In this document: piece by piece, positions 35,650 through 44,187 of the stretch
How positions within the stretch are numbered: position 1 is the first letter of the stretch
Layout: every line of letters begins with the position of its first letter
Source of the DNA: a virus
Lineage: Duplodnaviria > Caudoviricetes
IMG/VR virus record: IMGVR_UViG_3300037419_001546
Coordinates: 10,870-74,869 of that record
Direction: 5' to 3' (one strand)
DNA: 64,000 bases
Position numbers and translations under genes: made by a program
The notes under the pieces: generated by a model
Told to the model about the DNA's origin: nothing
Seen by the model: the letters and a program-made list of their open reading frames with translations, nothing else
Database searches by the model: none

Positions 35650-35912
35650 CCACCGTGCTCACGCCCGGCGGTCCGATCCCGCAGCGGACGCTGTTCGCGA
35701 TGGCGCGCCTCAGCGCGGTCGAGGCGCACAACGAACTCGACGATGCGGCCGCGTGGCTCGACAGCGAGACCATCGGCGGCCGACTGCCGGCGGTCGCTGC
35801 GCTCGCGCGTCTCAACGCGATCCAGAAGCTCGCCCGTGCGGCTGACCTCATCAATGAGGCGGCCGCCGATCTCGACAGCGCGACCGAGTACTACCGGCGA
35901 ACGCTCCGGTAG
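35646..35912 (+). CDS. Small helical hypothetical protein
   Basis: ATGA coupling. Confidence 0.55.
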   Translation: MTTVLTPGGPIPQRTLFAMARLSAVEAHNELDDAAAWLDSETIGGRLPAVAALARLNAIQKLARAADLINEAAADLDSATEYYRRTLR

Positions 35913-36098
35913 CCGCGGTAATAACGATCTTGCTCCGATTGGACAACGGTCCAGGGATCCCCTAATTGGAGTAGTACAACAATTAGGGGATGGATCGAAC
36001 CGAACGTTAAACCAATTCAGACAATTCACACCAATCGCAAAGAAATTCAACGACGAATTTCGGGCGCGGTTGGTTTTCATATATACGGCGGATAAAAA

Positions 36099-37007
36099 AT
36101 GAGCAACATTGTCGAAATTCGTTACTCACGCTCAAAAGGTCAACTAAAACCGATCACTATGACCGGTAACTGTATGTTGTCCGTTCCGCGCCAGTGGACC
36201 GGGCCCATCGAAAAGTTCGAAGAGTTCCTACGAGCCATCGGCCGACCCAAATCTACTAGACGACTACGTATCTACCATCTCCGGCGGTTCGCCGTAGACC
36301 ATCGCCGCACCCATCCATGGGAAGTGACCGAGGACAACCTCGTCACATGGATGGCAAGCCGCGACTGGGCGCCCGAAACCCGCCGATCCTATCGAGCGAG
36401 TCTGCGAGGGTTCTACTCCTGGGCCCTCGCCAAGGGACACATCACCGCCGACCCGTCCTACAACCTCCCCGCCCCCACACCGCCGCCGGCCAAGCCGCGG
36501 CCCGCGCCCGACGAAGTCGTCGACTGCGGTCTGCGGTCCGTCGACCTGCGGGTACGGGTCGCGGTCATGATCTTCGCGTTTACGGGTATGCGTAGACATG
36601 AGGCGGCGAAGATGCACACCGACGATCTGATCTCACGCTCGGACGGCTGGTACGTCCGAGTCGTCGGAAAGGGCGGCCGGGTGCGGCTGATCCCGGTCGA
36701 TGATCTGTTCGCTTCGGCGATCCGGTCGATGCCGCCGGGGTTCATCTTTCCGGGCAAGATCGACGGGCACATCAGCGCGAACCACCTCGGCAAGATCGTC
36801 TCCCGGGACCTGCCCGGCGACTGGACGGCGCACACGCTGCGCCACCGGTTCGCGAGCCTGGCGTACTCCATCGAGCGCGACATTCGTGCCGTGCAGGAGC
36901 TGCTGGGACACGCCAAGGTAACCACCACTCAGATCTACACTTTCGTTCCGGAAGAAAGCTTGCGCCGCGCCGCGGCGGGCGCGAGACGCGGCCTCACCGC
37001 CGCGTAA
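36099..37007 (+). CDS. int: Tyrosine integrase (short form; start may be 36159)
   Basis: Catalytic R (GMRRHE), K (VGKGG), HxxR (HTLRHR), LLGH and TQIY; ends GLTAA. Confidence 0.95.
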   Translation: MSNIVEIRYSRSKGQLKPITMTGNCMLSVPRQWTGPIEKFEEFLRAIGRPKSTRRLRIYHLRRFAVDHRRTHPWEVTEDNLVTWMASRDWAPETRRSYRASLRGFYSWALAKGHITADPSYNLPAPTPPPAKPRPAPDEVVDCGLRSVDLRVRVAVMIFAFTGMRRHEAAKMHTDDLISRSDGWYVRVVGKGGRVRLIPVDDLFASAIRSMPPGFIFPGKIDGHISANHLGKIVSRDLPGDWTAHTLRHRFASLAYSIERDIRAVQELLGHAKVTTTQIYTFVPEESLRRAAAGARRGLTAA

Positions 37008-37020
37008 CAGAATAAAGAAT

Positions 37021-37084
37021 CCGCCCCGGGCTACTCCTAATAGCCCGGGGCGGTTCTGTTTGAGGTGTACGGACACCCTCAAAC
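37021..37084. terminator. Tandem hairpins after int (probably bidirectional terminator)
   Basis: CCGCCCCGGGCTA/TAGCCCGGGGCGG followed by TTCTGTTT, then GTTTGAGGTGT/ACACCCTCAAAC. Confidence 0.75.
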
Positions 37085-37268
37085 AGGGCACAGTGTAAAC
37101 AGCAATGTCAAGGTTGCGGGGTAATAGTCGCAGGTCTTTACGTTGTCCTAACATGACAGCATGATTGGCCCGGCGGTCCTCCGGTACGGTTGACGGCGCA
37201 CCTTCCCAACGTGCACATGCAACGGCCCGCACACCTTCACCGGTATGCGGGCCGTCTCGCGTGTCGGG

Positions 37269-37526
37269 TCAGCTCTCGCGCGGATCCTTCCAAGGGCCGT
37301 CCGGGCCGGTAGCGCCTGGCGGCCGCCACGGCTTCGAACCGGCTGCCCGGCGGGCCATCGTCGCCGCCTCGCGCCCGGTCCGGCCGGACTGCTCGAGGAC
37401 AGCGAGATCGACACCGCCGCTCTTGCTGGCGACGAGGGTGATCAGCTCGTCGGTGGCATCCTGCAGTTCCTGCTGCGCCCGGGCCACGCGCTCGTATGCG
37501 GCTGCGATCGCGTCATCGGTGCTCAT
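37269..37526 (-). CDS. Small hypothetical protein coupled to the XRE regulator
   Basis: CAT at 37524-37526 and TCA at 37269 place it on the minus strand; MSTDDAIAAAYERV... Confidence 0.55.
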   Translation of the reverse strand: MSTDDAIAAAYERVARAQQELQDATDELITLVASKSGGVDLAVLEQSGRTGREAATMARRAAGSKPWRPPGATGPDGPWKDPRES

Positions 37527-38776
37527 GCGCGCATGATATCGCGGGCGTTCAGGCGAGCGTCGAGCGCGCGCACCGGCTTCGACCCCGCCCACGGCGAGAG
37601 CTGGCGCCGCGCGTCGAGGATCGCGCGTGCCAGCCGCGGCGACCGGTTACGGTCGGTCAGCTCCGCCGCCTCACCGACCATCGCGGCCGCTTCCTCGATC
37701 TCGCCCAGCTGAATGAGCGAGCGCTGCAGCTCCAGCATCGACAGCGCCCGATCACGCGGCCGTGTCGGATCCAGCAGCGCGACCGCCCGGCGCGAGGCCT
37801 CGGCCGCTGGCCGCGCGTCGCCGAGCATGGTGAGGCATCCGCCCCAGAACGCGTCGAGCATGGCGGGCCCGGTGAAGTACGCGCGCGATTCAGCCGGCGT
37901 GGCCGGACCGAGATCGGCCGCCGCCTTGGATGCCGATTCGAGCGCCTTCGTGCTCGCCTCGCCCTGCGCCGAGAGCGCGGCCGCCTCGGCGAGCCGCAGA
38001 TCGACGTACGCGCGCAGATGACGGTCTCCGGACTGCGCGACCCACGATTGCGCCGCGACCGCGTGATCCATCGCGATGCGCGGTGAACGGTCCTGCCAGA
38101 TCGCGAGCTGCGACAGATGGCACAGCATATACGCGGACAGGTCGGAATCTTCTGCCTCGTGGGCGATCTCGCGCGCCTGCTGATACATCGTCGCCGCGCG
38201 ACCGTAGTCGCCGCGGTCCCAGGCGAGGCACCCTGCGAAGCCGACCCACTCGCCGTGCAGCGAAAGCAGTTCGGGCCGTAGCGATTCCGGGCATTCACGC
38301 AGCATCGTCTCGGTGAGCGCCAGCTGCGCGTCGGCCATGCCTTGCGCTGCCGGTGAGCCCATCGAATCGTCGAGGGTCATCGCCGCGTGCAGCGTGGTGC
38401 GCACATGCGACAGCGCCCACTCGTCGGGCCGGCCGGATCCAGCGGCCAGCGCCGCGGCCCGTGCCGGGTCGGCCATCGCGGCGGCGCCGACAGCTGCAGC
38501 GCTGGCGGTGGTGGCGATGAATGTGCGTCGGTCCACGTCGTTCTCCTCGTTTCCGAGCAACTTCTGCTCGAAGACGGCTACGACACTGTCCGGCGCGGAG
38601 GCCAGCAACGTATCGAGGTCGGCCTGATTGGCCCATCCGATCGGGTTGCCGGCCTCCCACCGCTGGACGGTGCGCAAGGTGGTTCCGAGCTTGGCTGCAA
38701 ATTTGGACTGACTCAGCCGGTACGCGTCGCGTAGCGCGCGTGATTCCGTGCCGGTCCAAGAAACGACGGTAGTCAT
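37523..38776 (-). CDS. XRE-family regulator with a large helical C-terminal domain
   Basis: CAT at 38774-38776 and TCA at 37523 (minus strand); RALRDAYRLSQSKFAAKLGTTLRTVQRWEAG HTH; VDRRTF linker typical of actinomycete XRE regulators. Confidence 0.85.
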   Translation of the reverse strand: MTTVVSWTGTESRALRDAYRLSQSKFAAKLGTTLRTVQRWEAGNPIGWANQADLDTLLASAPDSVVAVFEQKLLGNEENDVDRRTFIATTASAAAVGAAAMADPARAAALAAGSGRPDEWALSHVRTTLHAAMTLDDSMGSPAAQGMADAQLALTETMLRECPESLRPELLSLHGEWVGFAGCLAWDRGDYGRAATMYQQAREIAHEAEDSDLSAYMLCHLSQLAIWQDRSPRIAMDHAVAAQSWVAQSGDRHLRAYVDLRLAEAAALSAQGEASTKALESASKAAADLGPATPAESRAYFTGPAMLDAFWGGCLTMLGDARPAAEASRRAVALLDPTRPRDRALSMLELQRSLIQLGEIEEAAAMVGEAAELTDRNRSPRLARAILDARRQLSPWAGSKPVRALDARLNARDIMRA

Positions 38777-38820
38777 GCGGCACCCCTCGCAATAGTGGTC
38801 CACTTCACCATAACGCAGGC

Positions 38821-38853
38821 ATGTCGTATCTACGTCGTATTCACGTCGTAGGG
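38821..38853. promoter_or_regulatory. Three 11-bp direct repeats (putative operator)
   Basis: ATGTCGTATCT ACGTCGTATTC ACGTCGTAGGG between the divergent XRE gene and small ORFs. Confidence 0.55.
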
Positions 38854-38943
38854 GTTGGGCCGAAAGTCATGTGTACGCCCCGCCGCCGGGCGCCGCAAGC
38901 CTCGACGGCGGGTGCGCATCACACTGCACGGGAAGGCAGCCAC

Positions 38944-39267
38944 ATGCACACCACCAGCGCGAACCGTACCGCAATCGCGGTGCTGCGCATCGAAATCCGG
39001 GGTGGAAACGACGAGCGCGACATGCGCGAGATCGGCACGAAACTCGGCTACGACGTCGACGAGCAGCTCGTCGCGATCGACCCGCACTCCGAGGCCCCGC
39101 TGAAAACCGTCATGAAGGCGTTGCGCGCCACCGGCGCGACCGCGGTCATCGTGCCCGATATCGACCACATCGACGGCATCGACCACCAGATCCACGAACG
39201 CGCGCTCATCGTCACCGTGGAAGGTGAGCGCGTCCTCGAGCGCGCCGCCACCGGGGCGGCAGCATGA
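38944..39267 (+). CDS. Small protein resembling a resolvase N-terminal fold
   Basis: AIAVLRIE...LGYDV...ATAVIVPDIDHI pattern; GGAAGG RBS. Confidence 0.6.
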   Translation: MHTTSANRTAIAVLRIEIRGGNDERDMREIGTKLGYDVDEQLVAIDPHSEAPLKTVMKALRATGATAVIVPDIDHIDGIDHQIHERALIVTVEGERVLERAATGAAA

Positions 39268-39599
39268 GTGGCGCCGAGATTGTGGTGACCGCCGCCATCG
39301 CTGTCGTCTGTCTCGGCATCGTCGCTGTGTTCGTCCTCGGCGACATCCGGGCCAGCCGCGACGACCTGCCGCTCCAGTCGGGGTCGCACGCCCTGGCGCC
39401 GATCGCCCCAGCATCACACCACCGCGCGCGGCAGCTGCCGCCGGAATGGCGTTGCGCCCCACTGCGTTCACCCATGACGATCCGGCGGGCTCAGTTCGAG
39501 ATGCAGGACCACAAGCACTGCTCCCTCGACGCGTGCCCGCGCAAGAATCAGGCGCACGCCCTACTGGTGTTCTCCGGCAAGATCATCCCGCAGCGATGA
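39264..39599 (+). CDS. Membrane-anchored protein with a C-terminal H/C motif
   Basis: N-terminal TM; MQDHKHCSLDACPRK...LVFSGKIIP. Confidence 0.6.
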   Translation: MSGAEIVVTAAIAVVCLGIVAVFVLGDIRASRDDLPLQSGSHALAPIAPASHHRARQLPPEWRCAPLRSPMTIRRAQFEMQDHKHCSLDACPRKNQAHALLVFSGKIIPQR

Positions 39600-39847
39600 G
39601 CGAGCCGTCGTACATCGGCTACCTGCACACCGACGACGGTGTGTGCATCGTCGGGCCGGACGGATTCCCCGACACCGCCGCCCACATGCCAGAGCTGGCC
39701 GACGACGAAACCCCCGCCCTGGGTGTGCCGACGATCGACGTCTCCCCGGAATCGGTGATCGACACCGAAACCGGGCCGCCCAATAAAGCTCCCGCCTGTA
39801 CGGTCCGGTCACGCTCGCAGTGCCGGGGCGTGGCCGAAGGCGGGTAG
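39596..39847 (+). CDS. Small hypothetical protein
   Basis: ATGA coupling. Confidence 0.45.
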   Translation: MSEPSYIGYLHTDDGVCIVGPDGFPDTAAHMPELADDETPALGVPTIDVSPESVIDTETGPPNKAPACTVRSRSQCRGVAEGG

Positions 39848-39956
39848 AGGGATCGTCGGAGCGCTTCGAGCGGCCGGCGATCCCGCTGAGGATTCTCACG
39901 CACGACACGTCACTGCCCCCTGCAATGTCGAGCGTGAGAACCACCCTCAACACAGA

Positions 39957-39999
39957 AAGCCGCCCCACTCGAATCGGTGAGATTCGGGTGGGGCGGCTT
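39957..39999. terminator. Long hairpin terminator
   Basis: AAGCCGCCCCACTCGAATC/GATTCGGGTGGGGCGGCTT, 19 bp with one G-U pair. Confidence 0.75.
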
Positions 40000-40037
40000 C
40001 GTGTTAACGCATCACCCGCTGCGGCGATACTGGGTGC

Positions 40038-40484
40038 GTGAAGAGACTGCTCGCGGTCGGCGCCCTGGCGATGTGCACCGCAGTGGCGGCCGGCTGTTCC
40101 TCCAGCTCGAGCGCGCCTGCCACTACACCTACCGCCGCCGCAACGAGCGACGAGGATATGGCCCGCGAAATTGCGTTGAGCGTGTACGGCAAGGACTTCG
40201 GCGACGTTGCGCACCCCGATGACTTCGTCTCGGCGGTAGTCGACACCGCCCGCAACGGCTGCAACATCTTGCGTAACACCGCGGACATGGACCTTCTGCC
40301 GCTGACACCGACCGCGGACAGCAAGAACATGGTGTCGTCGCTGCTGCAGAGACTGTCCAGTGATAGTCACCTCACCGAGCAGCAGGAACGCAACGATCTA
40401 TGGGTGATCGCGAAACATCGGTGCCCGCAATACTCAGCAGCCCTCGGCGCCCACTACGACGCTATTCCAGTCGCAGCTCGTTGA
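40038..40484 (+). CDS. Lipoprotein
   Basis: MKR plus hydrophobic stretch and lipobox AAGC, then a Ser/Thr linker. Confidence 0.75.
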   Translation: MKRLLAVGALAMCTAVAAGCSSSSSAPATTPTAAATSDEDMAREIALSVYGKDFGDVAHPDDFVSAVVDTARNGCNILRNTADMDLLPLTPTADSKNMVSSLLQRLSSDSHLTEQQERNDLWVIAKHRCPQYSAALGAHYDAIPVAAR

Positions 40485-41229
40485 TGGCCTCGGCCATCCG
40501 ATGGCAGTACATGCCCTCGATGTAGGTGCGGATGTGATCCTGCCCGGACAGGTAGCCGACTACCTGCCGCGCGGCCTCGTCGTAGATCCGCCACGTCTCG
40601 GCCGGATGGCGCCACCAGTCCCACGTGATCGGCTGGAACCGCCGACGGCGCAGCCGGTCGACGAGATCCTGTGACCAGCCGCCGATCTCGGCGAAGCTGA
40701 ACGCACTCATGCCGTCAGCGATGCCGCGCAGTGGTGAGCCGGCCGCGCACGAGGTGATCACATCGTTCGGGTTGGCGTACTCGAGGTGGATGTGCCCAGC
40801 AGGGAAGTCACCGTGCGGGCCGTTGATCCCGTAGCCGCGGGCGCCGGAGTCGACCGAGTCCCCTTCGCGCCGCGCCGGATTGGCCAGGCACGCCGTGAAC
40901 GCCACCTGGCACTCAGGGAACAGGCCGGCGGCCTTGGCCTCCATGAATGCGTCGACCACGAGAGCGCCGAGACTGTACCCGATGACACCGACAAGGTTCG
41001 GTGTCGCACGGATCATCGCCGACAGCGCGGTCAGCCCGATCTCGATCGAGGTGGCCTCACTCGCACCGGCCGGGCCCGCGCCGACCGGGCCGACCGTCGC
41101 CGGGTACGGGCAGTCGCCGAGATACCGGAATTTCTCCGGGTCGAGCTCGCGGACGACGTTGCGGAGCATAGCGTTCGGCGCGCCCAGCTGCTCGCCCGTG
41201 CCGCGGACAGTGATGATGTCTATGGTCAC
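40462..41229 (-). CDS. lysB: Lysin B (cutinase-like esterase)
   Basis: VRGTGE...GYSLGA (GxSxG)...LANPARR; GTGA coupling. Confidence 0.85.
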   Translation of the reverse strand: MTIDIITVRGTGEQLGAPNAMLRNVVRELDPEKFRYLGDCPYPATVGPVGAGPAGASEATSIEIGLTALSAMIRATPNLVGVIGYSLGALVVDAFMEAKAAGLFPECQVAFTACLANPARREGDSVDSGARGYGINGPHGDFPAGHIHLEYANPNDVITSCAAGSPLRGIADGMSAFSFAEIGGWSQDLVDRLRRRRFQPITWDWWRHPAETWRIYDEAARQVVGYLSGQDHIRTYIEGMYCHRMAEAINELRLE

Positions 41230-42494
41230 GGGAGCGCCGCCACCAGCTCGGTAGCCATACGCTGATGCCCCAGCCAGCTGGGGTGAATCGTGTCTGTGGT
41301 GTAGTCGGGCCACAGCGCGGTGCTGCTGGTTCCGCGCATCGCGCCCGCGAAATCCACCACGCCGTTGCAGAATCCGGGCTGCGAGCCGATCCAGTCGTTG
41401 TAGGCCAGGCGCACGCTGTCGCCGGTCGACGTCCGGGATATGACGGTGCCCAGATACACGGATCCGGTGAAGCCGTAGGTCGTTTGCAGCCTGCTGACCA
41501 GAGTCCGAACCGACGCCTGTAGCCCCGCCAAGGTCGCGGACGCGCCGAAGATGTCGTTGCTGCCGCCGCAGATCAGCACCTCATCGAGAGTGAATGTGCC
41601 GAGGGCCAGCCGGTCCCAGATGTGCGCGACGCTGGCGTTCGAGAGAGCCGTCGCATAGTCCGAGAGTTTCCAGCCAGCCAACGACATGTTCACGATCAAC
41701 CGGTTCGTCGCGGCGGCCCACAGGTAGACGTTGCCCTTCCACAATGGAGTCGGCACGATGCTCGCCGAAGTGGTTCCCTTCGCGCCGGCGATCGGCTCGA
41801 AGATGCTGTCGCCGATCACCAGGCACACCTTGCGGCGGCTGGTCGTCTGGTACTCGATGATCACGTCGAACGGTACGGAGGTGACAGTGCCGCCCGAACC
41901 GGCGACAGTGGGGTCCGTGGCTGAGGTCGAGTTGGACCAGGTCCACGCCTTCCCGGCGCCGGTCTGCACTGCGGTCGACGATGCGAATGTCCACCCGAAG
42001 GCCACCAGAAACTCGGTGTTCGCGGTGAACAGTCCCGGGCCACTGGTCACCAACGGAGCGTTGTAGTAGGACCCGTCTCCGGGGATCGTCTGATCCGTGG
42101 AGACGATCGTCGTCGCCGTATTGCCCGAGAAGCTGCCCGTCTCCGCGCCGGTGTTGTCGCTGCTCGACGGCGGGCTGTGCAGGCCGACAACCAACTTCTT
42201 GAGTGTGGCAGCGGTTTTCGCCGTCTCGGCCGTATCGCGGTTCCGGATCATCAGACGCCACTGCGTCACATCCACCGGCAGCTTCACTACGAACCGCGTG
42301 CTGCCAGCCGTCCCCGCCGCCAACGATGAGGTGACCGTGCCGCCGAGGCCGCCGTTGCTGTGCCGCAATGTACGGGTGACAGGCGGCCCGCCGTACAGGT
42401 CTTCGATTCCAGCCTCGATGCGGTTGAGCTGGACGGCCGTGATCGGCGTTGCCGTCGACGGCTCGCTCTCCCAGATTGTGCGGGACCACGACAT
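41226..42494 (-). CDS. Tail-associated protein with a C-terminal SGNH/GDSL hydrolase
   Basis: IGDSI, GGSND and DTIHP blocks; N-terminal W.SEPST.TPITA.QLNRIEAGI tail-fibre anchor. Confidence 0.8.
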   Translation of the reverse strand: MSWSRTIWESEPSTATPITAVQLNRIEAGIEDLYGGPPVTRTLRHSNGGLGGTVTSSLAAGTAGSTRFVVKLPVDVTQWRLMIRNRDTAETAKTAATLKKLVVGLHSPPSSSDNTGAETGSFSGNTATTIVSTDQTIPGDGSYYNAPLVTSGPGLFTANTEFLVAFGWTFASSTAVQTGAGKAWTWSNSTSATDPTVAGSGGTVTSVPFDVIIEYQTTSRRKVCLVIGDSIFEPIAGAKGTTSASIVPTPLWKGNVYLWAAATNRLIVNMSLAGWKLSDYATALSNASVAHIWDRLALGTFTLDEVLICGGSNDIFGASATLAGLQASVRTLVSRLQTTYGFTGSVYLGTVISRTSTGDSVRLAYNDWIGSQPGFCNGVVDFAGAMRGTSSTALWPDYTTDTIHPSWLGHQRMATELVAALP

Positions 42495-43289
42495 TTACGG
42501 CGCTCCTGGATACAGGTCAGGCGACGGATACAGCCCTGACGATGGGTAAGGGACGAGCACACCGACACGGGCGGGCGGGATCATCGCCGCGGTTGCGGTC
42601 ATCGGCGGGACTATGACGGTCGCGCCGGCCCGTACAGTCGGGACGAGCATTGCGGCCGTTGCGGCGGCTGTCGGCGAGGTGAGCGTTGCACCGGCCGACA
42701 CGGCAGGCGCGATGAATTCGGCGCTACCTTGCATGGCGGGCGCGGCAACGGTCGCGCCGGCGTGCACCGTCGGCGGCAGCATGTCCGCGAATGCGGACAT
42801 GGCCGGTACCACGATGAGAGCGCCAGCTGTCACCGCTGCCGGTGGCAACATCTCCGCAGTCGCGGTCATAGGGGGCGGTGTCACGATGCCGATATCGACT
42901 TGCGTTGTCGGCGCATACATTTCGGCGGTGGCCGTCATCGGTGGCACGAGCACCGTCACGGGCACGGTCACTGTCGGCGCCAGCATGGCAGCAGAGGCCG
43001 TCATCGGCGGGGCCAGGACCACAGCGCCACCGATCACCGTGGGGGGCAGCATGTCGGCCGTGGCCGCCATGCGCGGCACTGCGATCGTGCGGCCCGCGTG
43101 CAGCACCGGGGTCGGCATCGCCGCGGCGGCCCGCATGACCGGCGCGAAAATGAGCGCCGGCACCGTGCCGTCGAACAACAGCGTGTCGCCGAGGTAGACG
43201 CGCACCACCTGATGCACGACCCCCTCGGCGTCGACCCAGCGCAGGAATACCGGGGCGGCGCCGCGGCGATACAGTGCCGATTCCGGCAT
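42495..43289 (-). CDS. Minor tail protein with ~20-aa repeats
   Basis: About 9-10 copies of PPMTATAxMxxP; C-terminal YPSSGLYPSPDLYPG. Confidence 0.7.
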   Translation of the reverse strand: MPESALYRRGAAPVFLRWVDAEGVVHQVVRVYLGDTLLFDGTVPALIFAPVMRAAAAMPTPVLHAGRTIAVPRMAATADMLPPTVIGGAVVLAPPMTASAAMLAPTVTVPVTVLVPPMTATAEMYAPTTQVDIGIVTPPPMTATAEMLPPAAVTAGALIVVPAMSAFADMLPPTVHAGATVAAPAMQGSAEFIAPAVSAGATLTSPTAAATAAMLVPTVRAGATVIVPPMTATAAMIPPARVGVLVPYPSSGLYPSPDLYPGAP

Positions 43290-43726
43290 CAGGCTGCCGT
43301 GATCGTGGCCACGCCCGAGGCATCCCACTGCACGGTGAACGTCGACGCCGTGACCGGGATGTCGTTGTCGTAGAGGATGTAGCCGACGAGCGGACGAGTG
43401 CTGTCGGACGCGGGGGTCGCGTCGTACAGCACGGCGACGCGCGCGGTGAAGCTCGCCGATGTCCACTGCGCGTCCGGGCAGTCGATCACGAGCTGATTCG
43501 TCGCAGGGTTGTAGCTGATCGACAGCGGAGAGACCACCAGTCCGCCGGCGGTGTAGCCGGTGCCGGAGATTTCATTCGTCACCGAGCTCTTGTATTGGTG
43601 TGCGTCCTGGTCGGGCACGTAGGCCGACGAGCAGAGCATCACCTTGAACGTGTCGGAGTTGAGGTTCACCTCCTTGTTCGCCAGCGACAGCAGGAACTTG
43701 CCGTAGAACTTGGCTGTGTGCGCCAT
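43289..43726 (-). CDS. Minor tail protein
   Basis: NLNSDTFKVMLCSSAY.PDQDAH...EISGTGYTAGG motif. Confidence 0.7.
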   Translation of the reverse strand: MAHTAKFYGKFLLSLANKEVNLNSDTFKVMLCSSAYVPDQDAHQYKSSVTNEISGTGYTAGGLVVSPLSISYNPATNQLVIDCPDAQWTSASFTARVAVLYDATPASDSTRPLVGYILYDNDIPVTASTFTVQWDASGVATITAA

Positions 43727-43763
43727 GGTTGCTGCTCCTTATGTGTGAAAGGTGTTGTGCCCG

Positions 43764-44171
43764 TTATGCATCGGGCACGACGAAATAGACGGTCTCGGGA
43801 TCCGGGGTGGCGAGCGCGGAGAACTCGGATTGAGTGACGGCCTTCATGCGGGCGATCCCGCCGGCATTGACCACCGACCACGCTTGCGGCGGCTCGGCGG
43901 CGAGCCCGACCTCGATCAGCGGCCACAGCATCGCGTCGGCGTCCGGCACGACGATCGGATACCGTCGGGCGCCGATCTCGACAAGGGCCGGGCCCGGCTC
44001 GGCGGTGGCGGTCAGGACGCCGTTGACCGGCGTGAATCCCACTCGCCTGGTGGTGATCATGATCGAGTCATCTTCGCCCTGGCGGGGGTCGCCCACCTGC
44101 GAGAACCACACCACCGTGTTGTCGGCGATGCCGGCGATATCGGTCATGTTCTGCGTGATGGTGACGGTCAC
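43764..44171 (-). CDS. Minor tail/fibre protein
   Basis: C-terminal VTQSEFSALATPDPETVYFVV tail-fibre motif. Confidence 0.65.
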   Translation of the reverse strand: MTVTITQNMTDIAGIADNTVVWFSQVGDPRQGEDDSIMITTRRVGFTPVNGVLTATAEPGPALVEIGARRYPIVVPDADAMLWPLIEVGLAAEPPQAWSVVNAGGIARMKAVTQSEFSALATPDPETVYFVVPDA

Positions 44172-44187
44172 TGCGTCGCCCTTTCTG

